Assembly: GCA_016716235.1 (NCBI GenBank)
Contig: JADJWS010000002.1
Location: forward strand, 74,904 to 138,903
Direction: 5' to 3'
Length of the DNA: 64,000 bases
From: Candidatus Defluviilinea gracilis
GTDB taxonomy: Bacteria > Chloroflexota > Anaerolineae > Anaerolineales > Villigracilaceae
Translations under genes and position numbers: made by a program
The notes under the pieces: model-generated
Told to the model about the DNA's origin: nothing
The model's database searches: none
Seen by the model: the letters and a program-made list of their open reading frames with translations, nothing else
Shown here: positions 52,985 through 61,297 of the stretch, piece after piece
Numbering within the stretch: the stretch's first letter is position 1
Layout of the letters: each line of letters opens with the position of its first letter

Positions 52985-55117
52985 TTACTTGATTACTTTT
53001 AGCCAATACAAAATTCTAGAAAGTAAAGCGCCTGCTGGAAGGCCGTACACACCTCCAAATGCAAGCAAGTCATATGGCAAAGATCCTTCTTGACTCTTGG
53101 CAATACCTACAACAATGAAACCGCCGATCATCAATGGGATAGTCCATCTGTGTGGAAACGCTATTAATCCAGCCAGACCGCAAGCGACTAACAAGATAAT
53201 GTGTGGAACATCTAAATAAAAGGTGGAATATGCGTAGGCAAAGTTGTAGGTGGTTTCATTGACTATCCCGTATATTATTCCGAACAATATTCCAAGGATT
53301 AATCCAACCAGTACGCCTAGTAGGCTTCGTCCCTTCCATGAAAGAAGAAATACCTTGTGTTTCTCTATGAATTCAGCGATGGTCCATTTGCCTGCGAACT
53401 CTTCTTGTGCTGTTTCTTTAGGTGCTTTTAGAAGTTGCCGACCCAAAACGTAACCGCCGATTGCGCCCGAAATTGCCCAGGCGAGTCCCCATCCAGCCGC
53501 TTTGCCGATGTAATAATTGAACAAAAACCCATCAGCATAATAAATCCACTTACCGATTGTCCAGCCGACCGCGCTTGAAATTGCCCAGAACAATATCAAC
53601 CACAGCATGTCTTTCCAACGCGAGCGTAATTTTTCAATACCAAGCGTGCCCGCCAACGCGATCAGAATCCCGATCGTATCTCCAACTACCGCAATGGGCG
53701 CCGCCGTGATCATGCTCGTATCTGCCCAACCGATTATCCCGCCGATGACCCAGATAAAAGTTACCAGATAAATATTTTTCTCGCTGGGAAGGATATCTCG
53801 GGCTCGCAGGATAATTGTAGTTACGTAGCCACCGATCCCCCAACTGACGATACCGACCAATGGCGTGCTGAATTCGTCCACTGCCCAGAAAACTGTCCTA
53901 CTAATCGCCCCGGCAACGACCCAGCCCAAAGTGATCCATAAGATCGCTTGCTGATTCGAAATGGATGAGTTTATTATCTCAGGCTCAGGCTTCGAAAGTT
54001 CTTTCTTGGCATCAAGGATTCGTGCCACTGATGGTTTGACTTTTTCCTTCTCCAGACGTTCCGCTTCCATGACGCGTTTGTGGATGACGTTCTGCGCCTC
54101 TTCCGTTATTCTGTCTGATTCTTCATCTTTGGCTTTTTTCTCGCCCTCGCGCACGGACTCCAACGCCCCCGCCGCCGCACGCTGGACTTGACGGCTGTCA
54201 TCCTCTTCGGCGATTCTTTCCAACGCCTCTCGCGCGGATCGTGCCAGCCCAAGATTTTTTCCGTTCAATAATTTCGTCAGTTGTTGCACCGCGCCGAGAC
54301 GAATATCTGAAAATGGATTCTCAATCGAGTCCAACAGGGGAGTGGGCAACGGCACCGACTTGATCTCTTCGACGGATATATTTTGGCGAAGAATGATCTC
54401 GCCCTGTTGCTTGCTCGAAAACTTCGACGGGGTTTGTTTCGGTGTCGCATGTTTTACTTTTTCATACGCGTAATCGTACAACTCATCAACAGTGATTCTT
54501 CCATCGCCGTCTATATCTGCTTCGCCTTCGAGTCCCTCGACGAGGAAGTGAGTGAAAAGCGAGTTGTCCGTCTCACCAATGACTCTATCGCCTTCCCATG
54601 CGAATTGAGTCGAGTCGCTGGCGGTGAGAATGATGCGACCATATCCGCCCTCGAACGCGGTTGCCGTGCCAACGCTCACGCCCGTCGCGGCTTTTGTCCC
54701 TTGCTGGAACGCGCCGCTGTTGCAACAATCCAAAACGAGGACTTGCCGCCTCGACCGCGATTGATCCATCACCTCGCGGATGTAGTCAGACTTGATCGCC
54801 GTTGATCTCAATCGTGAACGGATCGTATTTTTGACCGCCAGATACAACGAACCAAGTTCATCTCGCACACCGTGACCCGAAAAATACAAAACGAGTAAAT
54901 CATCGGGTTTCTTTTGGTCGAAGAATTCGTCAATCGCTTCGATAATGGAAGAGGAAACCTGATTCAGCAAAACTTTTACATCGTCAAACTCGCAGAGACC
55001 TTTGTCCTTCAACACGCGCGCAAAATCTTCCGCGTCCTTGCCGGGCGCGGTGAGTTGAGCCAACCCCGGGTCGGCGTAGTCCGTGTTGCCGATGACCAAG
55101 GCGTATTTGGCGCTCAT
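52985..55117 (-). CDS. Caspase-fold (peptidase C14) protease - EF-hand - HEAT-like repeats - polytopic (about 10 TM) membrane domain
   Basis: His in YFSGHG, Cys in LDCCNSG, canonical EF loop DIDGDGRITVDE, HEAT-like RLGAVQQLTKLL...REALERIAEEDD, then a Gly/Trp-rich multi-TM C-terminal half. Confidence 0.8.
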   Translation of the reverse strand: MSAKYALVIGNTDYADPGLAQLTAPGKDAEDFARVLKDKGLCEFDDVKVLLNQVSSSIIEAIDEFFDQKKPDDLLVLYFSGHGVRDELGSLYLAVKNTIRSRLRSTAIKSDYIREVMDQSRSRRQVLVLDCCNSGAFQQGTKAATGVSVGTATAFEGGYGRIILTASDSTQFAWEGDRVIGETDNSLFTHFLVEGLEGEADIDGDGRITVDELYDYAYEKVKHATPKQTPSKFSSKQQGEIILRQNISVEEIKSVPLPTPLLDSIENPFSDIRLGAVQQLTKLLNGKNLGLARSAREALERIAEEDDSRQVQRAAAGALESVREGEKKAKDEESDRITEEAQNVIHKRVMEAERLEKEKVKPSVARILDAKKELSKPEPEIINSSISNQQAILWITLGWVVAGAISRTVFWAVDEFSTPLVGIVSWGIGGYVTTIILRARDILPSEKNIYLVTFIWVIGGIIGWADTSMITAAPIAVVGDTIGILIALAGTLGIEKLRSRWKDMLWLILFWAISSAVGWTIGKWIYYADGFLFNYYIGKAAGWGLAWAISGAIGGYVLGRQLLKAPKETAQEEFAGKWTIAEFIEKHKVFLLSWKGRSLLGVLVGLILGILFGIIYGIVNETTYNFAYAYSTFYLDVPHIILLVACGLAGLIAFPHRWTIPLMIGGFIVVGIAKSQEGSLPYDLLAFGGVYGLPAGALLSRILYWLKVIK

Positions 55118-55482
55118 TTTTTCTTGCTTTTCTTTTGGAACGTGGAGAGAAACTTATCGAATTCTTCGGGCGAGCCTTCGAACTCAAACCCCTTGCCCTT
55201 GAACTTCACCGTGCGACCCTGTCCGCGCATGACCCAGGCTTGCACCATCGCGATCAGACTCGGCGCGGCGGCGGGCAACACTTCCAGCGCCAACATGCCG
55301 ACGGTCACCAAATCGCCTTTGGTTCCCTTCGGGGCGGCTCCCGAGGAGACTAAATCTGCCGACAGTGCGTCACTTCCCCTCAATTCGTTCAGCAAATTTC
55401 GGGTGATTTCGTCGAGGTCTTCTTCGCTTATATTCTTCGCGCCGACTTCGATCTCAAATTTGATTGGCTGGTCAGTCGTCAT
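55114..55482 (-). CDS. Small EACC1-like protein (effector-associated constant component-like)
   Basis: 122 aa from ATG 55482 (AGGTGGAG SD). Acidic helix (EEDLDEITRNLLNELRG), P-x-G-x-K-G, a hydrophobic helix (LVTVGMLALEVLPAAAPSLIAMVQAWVMR), and a basic beta segment (RTVKFKGKGFEFEG). Its stop overlaps the caspase ATG (ATGA at 55114-55117). Confidence 0.5.
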   Translation of the reverse strand: MTTDQPIKFEIEVGAKNISEEDLDEITRNLLNELRGSDALSADLVSSGAAPKGTKGDLVTVGMLALEVLPAAAPSLIAMVQAWVMRGQGRTVKFKGKGFEFEGSPEEFDKFLSTFQKKSKKK

Positions 55483-55608
55483 ATGGGCTCCACCTGTAAG
55501 CTTGAATTCCGACACCGATGCTCCAATTATAGGCTAAAATCCATTAATTGAAACACTCAAATTTTGGTAAGGTTGTTCAGAGGAGCAGGCAAGCAAAGAG
55601 AATATTCG

Positions 55609-55890
55609 ATGTACAAGCAACTTCCTAAATTCAAGAACGAGGAAGAAGAGCGCCGATTTTGGGCTAAAAATGATTCCAGCGATCTGATCGATTGGAAGAA
55701 GGCTCAACGCGCCGTTTTCCCCAATCTGAAGCCCACCTTGAAATCTATTTCTTTGCGCCTGCCCGAATCGATGATCGCTGAACTGCGCCAACTGGCGAAT
55801 GAACGCGACGTGCCATATCAATCATTGATCAAGCATTTTCTTCGGGAAAGCATCAATAACGAATATTCGGTGAAGAGACCGAAAGCATAA
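55609..55890 (+). CDS. BrnA/CopG-like antitoxin family protein (no cognate toxin gene adjacent)
   Basis: MYKQLPKFKNEEEERRFW...ISLRLPESMIAELRQLANERDVPYQSLIKHFL is a typical BrnA-type RHH antitoxin pattern. Confidence 0.6.
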   Translation: MYKQLPKFKNEEEERRFWAKNDSSDLIDWKKAQRAVFPNLKPTLKSISLRLPESMIAELRQLANERDVPYQSLIKHFLRESINNEYSVKRPKA

Positions 55891-55908
55891 CTCCCCCAGA
55901 GTGTAAAC

Positions 55909-56292
55909 TTACCCTACTTCGGGGCGAGGCGGATAGTTCGGCGATTCGCGGCGGAACTCGTAATTTTCCATCACGGCTTCGATGATGCGTTTCTGTTCGT
56001 CGGTCACAAGCTCGAACTCAAACCCGATGTTGAAGAATTCAGGGCTGAGGTCTTGTTGGCACCACGCAACGCGGACCGGCAAAGCCATGCGCGTGGCAGA
56101 GACATTCGGCAATTCGGGTAGTTGGATCGAGGCGGTCAATTTTGTGTCCAGCGGCATTGGCTCGTCGCCGATCACCATTGCCCCCAGCAGGTTCAGGTCG
56201 CCGAGGTAGCCGATGAGCCTGCCTTCGTATAGATCGAAGACCTGCGAATACGACATCAAATTCTTGCGCGGTTGTTTGCGTCTCTCTTGCAT
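55909..56292 (-). CDS. PilZ domain protein (c-di-GMP receptor-like)
   Basis: RxxxR in RKQPRK and a D-x-N-x-x-G variant in GDLNLLGA. Confidence 0.6.
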   Translation of the reverse strand: MQERRKQPRKNLMSYSQVFDLYEGRLIGYLGDLNLLGAMVIGDEPMPLDTKLTASIQLPELPNVSATRMALPVRVAWCQQDLSPEFFNIGFEFELVTDEQKRIIEAVMENYEFRRESPNYPPRPEVG

Positions 56293-56426
56293 GGGGGTAG
56301 TGTACTTGAACTAACTTCAACAGACATTGCACTCGCATCTTAAATTTATCGGGCAGGCCGTCCCCCAGGTTTCACCGCGCGCGACAACACCTCCCTAAAA
56401 ACCTGCGGGACTGTTAAAATTGAATT

Positions 56427-57164
56427 ATGCGATGGATATACCTTTCCCCTCACCTTGACGACGCCGTCTTTTCCGCGGGCGGTTTGATCTACGAACAAAC
56501 TCAAGCAGGCGTCCCAGTTGAAATCTGGACGATCATGTGCGGCGACCCGCGCCTCACCGAGTATTCTCAATTCGCGCAAAGGCTTCACCAAATTTGGGGA
56601 TTCTCCTCCGCGGAAGAAACTGTCCGCAAGCGGCGGATGGAAGATACGCTCGCCGCCTCCATCGTCGGCGCGAAGGCGATCCACTTCGATTTTCTCGATT
56701 GCATCTACCGCCGCGACAAAAATGGGGATTGGCTTTACCCCTCTGAAATCTTCGGCGCGATTCACCCAGCGGATGCGGATTACCCCGCGCAGATCGCCTC
56801 TGCCATTTCCGCCCGCCTCAACCCCGACGATGTGCTGGTCTGCCAACTTGGGCTTGGCTCGCACGTCGACCACGTGCTCGTGCGGCAAGCCGCGGAACTT
56901 TTGGGCAAACCCCTCCGTTATGACATTGACGTTCCATACTGGTGCTACAAACCACACGAACTGGAGGCAAAAGCGGCTGGGATGGTCGAGGAAACTGTCA
57001 GGATAACTGAACCCAGCCTCACCCGTTGGATCGAAGCGTCGCTCGCTTATACATCCCAATTTCCCGCGCTCGGAGACCAGTTCGATACCCCCGAAAACGT
57101 GACCAAATCCATCCGAAATTACTGGGCTGAGCGGCAGGGAATCCGTTTATTGCAATATGATTAG
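56427..57164 (+). CDS. PIG-L/LmbE-family deacetylase
   Basis: N-terminal YLSPHLDDAVFSAGG motif. Confidence 0.7.
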   Translation: MRWIYLSPHLDDAVFSAGGLIYEQTQAGVPVEIWTIMCGDPRLTEYSQFAQRLHQIWGFSSAEETVRKRRMEDTLAASIVGAKAIHFDFLDCIYRRDKNGDWLYPSEIFGAIHPADADYPAQIASAISARLNPDDVLVCQLGLGSHVDHVLVRQAAELLGKPLRYDIDVPYWCYKPHELEAKAAGMVEETVRITEPSLTRWIEASLAYTSQFPALGDQFDTPENVTKSIRNYWAERQGIRLLQYD

Positions 57165-57179
57165 ACCGTTGCGACGTAC

Positions 57180-57208
57180 TTGTATTGCCTAAAAAACCAT
57201 GATATAGT
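57180..57208 (+). promoter_or_regulatory. Candidate sigma-70-type promoter of greA
   Basis: TTGTAT - 17 nt - TATAGT, about 90 nt upstream of the greA ATG. The leader contains the hairpin TTGTCCCGC-GAT-GCGGGACAA (57255-57275). Confidence 0.3.
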
Positions 57209-57299
57209 ATGCCCGCTTTTTGGGAAACACCAACTGAATCGGCTCTCCCTTGCTTTGTCCCGCGATGCGGGACAAAATTCATAATAGCAGGAATTAAAG

Positions 57300-57770
57300 A
57301 TGCCTAACAACAATTTCTTAACTAAAGAAGGTTACCAGAAGCTTCAAGACGAATTGGATTATTTGCGAACCGCCAAACGGCAGGAAGTCGCCAATCGTCT
57401 GCACGAAGCCATGGAAGGTGGGGAACTCATTGAAAATGCCGAATACGAAGCCGCCAAGAACGAGCAGGCTTTCGTGGAAGGGCGCATTCAGGAACTCGAT
57501 TTGTTGCTCGCCACCGCCAAGATCATCGAGGATAACGGCAAGAAAAAAGGCGACGTGGTGCACCTCGGTTCGAAGGTGACGATCAAAGAGGGCAACTTCG
57601 AGGCGGAGACGTTTGCCATCGTCGGCGCGGCGGAAGCCAACCCGCGCGAGGGGAAGATCTCGAACGAGTCGCCCATCGGGAAAGCCATCTTGAATCGCAA
57701 GGTGGGCGATATTGTCAAAGTCGAAACGCCCGGCGGCACATATAATGTTAAAATCCTGAAAGTCGGATAG
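57300..57770 (+). CDS. greA: Transcription elongation factor GreA
   Basis: LTKEGYQKLQDELDYLR...VGAAEANPREGKISNESPIGKAIL. Confidence 0.92.
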   Translation: MPNNNFLTKEGYQKLQDELDYLRTAKRQEVANRLHEAMEGGELIENAEYEAAKNEQAFVEGRIQELDLLLATAKIIEDNGKKKGDVVHLGSKVTIKEGNFEAETFAIVGAAEANPREGKISNESPIGKAILNRKVGDIVKVETPGGTYNVKILKVG

Positions 57771-57795
57771 ACTCAGGAGCGACAGAAACACAATG

Positions 57796-57822
57796 CCCCG
57801 CGTCTTTCGCGGGGTTTTTTTT
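57796..57822 (+). terminator. Rho-independent terminator of greA
   Basis: CCCCGCG-TCTTT-CGCGGGG followed by T8, 26 nt after the greA stop. Confidence 0.85.
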
Positions 57823-57845
57823 ATTTATTGACCGCGAAAACCTTA

Positions 57846-57912
57846 GCCACGGATTTCACGAATTTACGCGGATTTTATTAATAAATCAGTGATAATCCGC
57901 GAAATCCGTGGC
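57846..57912. repeat. Long interrupted palindrome upstream of lysS
   Basis: GCCACGGATTT...CGCGGATT / AATCCGCG-AAATCCGTGGC. Confidence 0.7.
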
Positions 57913-57957
57913 AGAGAATTTGATCGACTCGCGCGTGGTGTAAAATCAGGAATCATT

Positions 57958-59475
57958 ATGACCGAATATACCCAACTCGAAAAAGTCCGTTTGCAGAAAC
58001 TTGAGGAGCTACGCGCTGAGGGCTTGGAGCCGTTCCCCACGCGCGCCAAGCGGACGCACCTCAGCGCGGAAGCGATTGCCGAATTTGAATCTGCTGAAAA
58101 AGATGGCAAGGAAGTCCGAGCCGTGCTCGCGGGTCGCATCCGCGCGATGCGGACGATGGGCAAAATTTCGTTCGCGCACATCGAGGACGGCGCGGGCAAA
58201 GTGCAGTTATTCCTCCGCGCAAACGAAGTGGGCAAAGAGCGACTCGACCTTTTCAACAAGATGTTCGACCTCGGCGACTTCGTTCAAGCGGAGGGGGTGA
58301 TGTTCCGCACAAAAAGCGGAGAGGTCACGCTTCACGTCCACGATTTTCATTTGCTCGCCAAAGCGGTGAGTCCGTTACCCGCCGCAAAGGACGAGACTCT
58401 CGAAGATGGGACCGTTGTCCGTCATGCCGCGTTGGAGCATCCCGAATTGCGCGCGCGACAACGTTACGCAGACCTGGCGGTGAATCCCGATGTCCGCGAG
58501 ACGTTCCGCAAACGCGCGGCGATCATTAAGTCGTTGCGCGAATTTTTGGATGGCAAAGGTTTTCTCGAAGTCGAGACTCCAATCCTCCAACCGTTGTACG
58601 GCGGAGCGGCGGCGCGTCCGTTCGTGACACATCACAACGAACTCGAACAAGATATGTATCTACGCATCTCGTTCGAGTTATATTTGAAACGACTGCTCGT
58701 CGGCAACTTGGAAAAAGTCTACGAGATCGGGCGCGACTTCCGCAACGAAGGAGTCTCGTTCAAGCACAACCCCGAATTTACGCAACTCGAATTCTATTGG
58801 GCATACGCGGACTATCTGCAAGTGATGGAACTGACCGAGCAAATGGTTTCGTTCACGGCTCAGCAAGTCCTTGGCACGATGAAGATCAAGTACAAAGAAA
58901 ATGAAATTGATTTAACCCCGCCATGGAAACGACTCGAAATGCGCGAGGGCATTAAACAAACCAGCGGCATAGACATTGCCGAGCATAAATCCGCTGAGGA
59001 GTTGTTCAAGGCGATCAAAGCGAAGCACCCGAACAAGACTCCCGATCCGAAAGCGACGCGCGGCAAGTTGATCGACTTCCTGCTCAGCGATTTCCTCGAA
59101 CCCACGTTAATCCAGCCGACGTTCTTGTACAACTATCCGCGCGATATTTCCCCGCTGGCGAAGTCCATCCCTGGCGATGCGCTGACTGTCGAGCGGTTCG
59201 AGGGATACGTCGCGGGTTTCGAGTTGTGCAACGCCTTCACCGAGTTGAACGATCCGCTCGATCAGGAACAACGCTTCGTCGAAATGGGACGCGATTACGC
59301 GGAGGGCGACGACGAGAAACATCCGCTCGATGAGGATTACCTCCGCGCCATGCGCTACGGTATGCCTCCCAACGGCGGATTTGGCATGGGCGTGGATCGT
59401 CTCGCCATGTTGCTGCTCGACAAACATTCCATCCGCGAGGTGCTGTTGTTCCCCGCGTTGAGGAAGGAAGAATAG
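57958..59475 (+). CDS. lysS: Lysine--tRNA ligase (class II)
   Basis: Class II LysRS blocks (FLEVETPILQ, YLRISFELYLKRLLVGN, EIGRDFRNEG, GMGVDRLAMLL). ATG 57958; the track ORF starts at a GTG at 57889, inside an upstream palindrome. Confidence 0.92.
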   Translation: MTEYTQLEKVRLQKLEELRAEGLEPFPTRAKRTHLSAEAIAEFESAEKDGKEVRAVLAGRIRAMRTMGKISFAHIEDGAGKVQLFLRANEVGKERLDLFNKMFDLGDFVQAEGVMFRTKSGEVTLHVHDFHLLAKAVSPLPAAKDETLEDGTVVRHAALEHPELRARQRYADLAVNPDVRETFRKRAAIIKSLREFLDGKGFLEVETPILQPLYGGAAARPFVTHHNELEQDMYLRISFELYLKRLLVGNLEKVYEIGRDFRNEGVSFKHNPEFTQLEFYWAYADYLQVMELTEQMVSFTAQQVLGTMKIKYKENEIDLTPPWKRLEMREGIKQTSGIDIAEHKSAEELFKAIKAKHPNKTPDPKATRGKLIDFLLSDFLEPTLIQPTFLYNYPRDISPLAKSIPGDALTVERFEGYVAGFELCNAFTELNDPLDQEQRFVEMGRDYAEGDDEKHPLDEDYLRAMRYGMPPNGGFGMGVDRLAMLLLDKHSIREVLLFPALRKEE

Positions 59476-59616
59476 CAAAGAGCTTAAACACGAAGGACAC
59501 AAAGTACACAAAGTGGAAAAGTGTGAATTTCACAAAGATTTCCTTCGTGATCTTGGTGTCCTTTGTGTTGAAAAAGGTTTTTCGTTAAAAATAGGAGAGC
59601 ATGTTTATAGCTTACC

Positions 59617-59688
59617 TTACGCAGAACGTCCCGTAGGATTGGTTGAATCAATGGAGTTCTGCGAGAAAACCTGCGGGACGGTGCGTAA
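59617..59688 (+). promoter_or_regulatory. Candidate structured 5' leader of the L7/L12-repeat membrane protein gene
   Basis: Nested pairings TTACGCA / TGCGTAA and CGTCCCGTAGG / CCTGCGGGACG. An alternative pairing, GCAGAAC / GTTCTGC, competes with them. AAAGGAG SD lies 15 nt downstream. Confidence 0.3.
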
Positions 59689-59713
59689 CATCAGTTTATA
59701 AAAGGAGTTCACC

Positions 59714-60202
59714 ATGCCAAACCTACAACCTCACCAAGCGCAAAAGATCCACGAACTGATCGACGCCAGCCAGATTCTCATGGCGATCCAAGTCTACCGC
59801 GAAGCGACGGGCGTCAGCCTTGCGGAGGCAAAACAAGCGGTGGAACAAATGGCACGGATGGAAGCGGCAAGACCTCCCTCCGATTCGCGCAACTTCGACA
59901 ATCCCGTGCTTGAAAGTAAGATTCGGTCATTGCTCGGCAAAGGGAAGAAGATCGAAGCGGTAAAGATCTACCGCGAAGAATATGGTGTCGGATTAAAAGA
60001 AGCAAAAGACGCGGTGGATCGCATCGAAGCCACCATGCCACGCGATTCGGGAAGCAACATGCCTTATGAATCCGCGATTGGGAATGATCCGTTCGCTAGA
60101 GACGATGGAAGCGGCAAGAATGTTGTCTTGCTCTTTGCGGCGATTTTGGGAGTGATTGCCTGTGGAATAGCGGTTGTTGTATTTTTACTCGGAGGAAGTT
60201 AA
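59714..60202 (+). CDS. Membrane-anchored protein with two ribosomal L7/L12 C-terminal-domain-like repeats
   Basis: Two repeats: AIQVYREATGVSLAEAKQAVEQM and AVKIYREEYGVGLKEAKDAVDRI. C-terminal TM VVLLFAAILGVIACGIAVVVFLL. Confidence 0.55.
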   Translation: MPNLQPHQAQKIHELIDASQILMAIQVYREATGVSLAEAKQAVEQMARMEAARPPSDSRNFDNPVLESKIRSLLGKGKKIEAVKIYREEYGVGLKEAKDAVDRIEATMPRDSGSNMPYESAIGNDPFARDDGSGKNVVLLFAAILGVIACGIAVVVFLLGGS

Positions 60203-60585
60203 TGTCAAAAAAGATGTTGTTCATTAGCGACGCTGTCGCCATTGCGCTGGTCACGTTTGCGGGATTTGCCTTTCACGGCGAGACAGACGCATCCATCCTG
60301 CCGCGTTTTCTGTTGAGTTATGTTCCGCTCACCGTTGCGTGGTTCATCATCGCCCCGCTGCTTGGACTATACCAACCAGAGATCACATCCAACCCCAAAC
60401 AACTGTGGCGACCCGCGCTGGCGATGATCTTCGCCGCGCCGCTCGCGGCTCTCTCGCGCGCCAACATCCTCGGCTCGATGGTGATTCCCGTTTTTGCAAA
60501 CGTCCTCGCCGCCACATCCGCGTTGGGGATGGTAGTGTGGCGGGGGATTTATCTTTTTATGAAAACAAAAAGGGCGGACACGTAG
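60202..60585 (+). CDS. DUF3054 membrane protein
   Basis: 4-TM protein with a DUF3054-like pattern (DAVAIALVTFAGFAFHGE...). Confidence 0.6.
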   Translation: MSKKMLFISDAVAIALVTFAGFAFHGETDASILPRFLLSYVPLTVAWFIIAPLLGLYQPEITSNPKQLWRPALAMIFAAPLAALSRANILGSMVIPVFANVLAATSALGMVVWRGIYLFMKTKRADT

Positions 60586-60688
60586 GTCTACCCCTACTTT
60601 CCACTTTCCTCTTTCTTCTTTCCCGTCCCGAAATGATAAAATAATCTCGACGCTAATCGTAAATCGTCAATCTGAAATCGTAAATCGT

Positions 60689-61297
60689 ATGAACGAACAA
60701 GCCCTCATCACCGACGCGCAAGGCGGAAACCTCGACGCCTTCAACACGCTCATCTTGCATTATCAAGACAGCGTGTTCAACACCGCCCTCCGCATCCTCG
60801 GCGACGAAGACCAAGCCGCCGACGCCTCGCAAGAGGCGTTCATCTCCGCGTTCAAAAGCATCGCATCGTTTCGCGGCGGATCGTTCAAAGCGTGGCTCAT
60901 GCGCACCGTCACCAACGCGTGCTACGACGAACTGCGCCGACAAAAACGCCGACCCACAACTCCGCTCGAACCCGACACCAACGACGGCGACGAAATGGAT
61001 TCCCCGCGCTGGCTCGCCGACCCGAACATGACTCCCGCACAGCAAGCCGAAGCCGACGAAGTCGAACACGCGATCCAGCACTGCCTCGATAACCTCCCGC
61101 TCGAATTCAAAACTGTCGTCGTAATGGCAGACATTCAAGGCATGGACTACACCGAAGTCGCCGCCACCGTTCGCGTGCCGCTCGGCACCATCAAGAGTCG
61201 CCTCGCCCGCGCACGCTTAAGATTACGTGAGTGCCTGCAAGGCTTCGCGGAACTTTTGCCCGCATCGTATCGTCTTGAAAGCGGTGTTGCACAATGA
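60689..61297 (+). CDS. ECF-type RNA polymerase sigma-70 factor
   Basis: Region 2 (FNTLILHYQDSVFNTALRILGD) and region 4 (DYTEVAATVRVPLGTIKSRLARAR). Confidence 0.88.
   Translation: MNEQALITDAQGGNLDAFNTLILHYQDSVFNTALRILGDEDQAADASQEAFISAFKSIASFRGGSFKAWLMRTVTNACYDELRRQKRRPTTPLEPDTNDGDEMDSPRWLADPNMTPAQQAEADEVEHAIQHCLDNLPLEFKTVVVMADIQGMDYTEVAATVRVPLGTIKSRLARARLRLRECLQGFAELLPASYRLESGVAQ

Noticed and set aside
55114-55482. Bacterial gasdermin upstream of caspase-like proteases
   Set aside because: At 122 aa it is far shorter than bacterial gasdermins (about 240-270 aa). Its helix/TM/basic-strand layout fits EACC1-like proteins better.
57889-57957. N-terminal extension of LysS from the GTG at 57889
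   Set aside because: The extension is encoded by the upstream palindrome and has no LysRS homology. The conserved N-terminus starts at ATG 57958.
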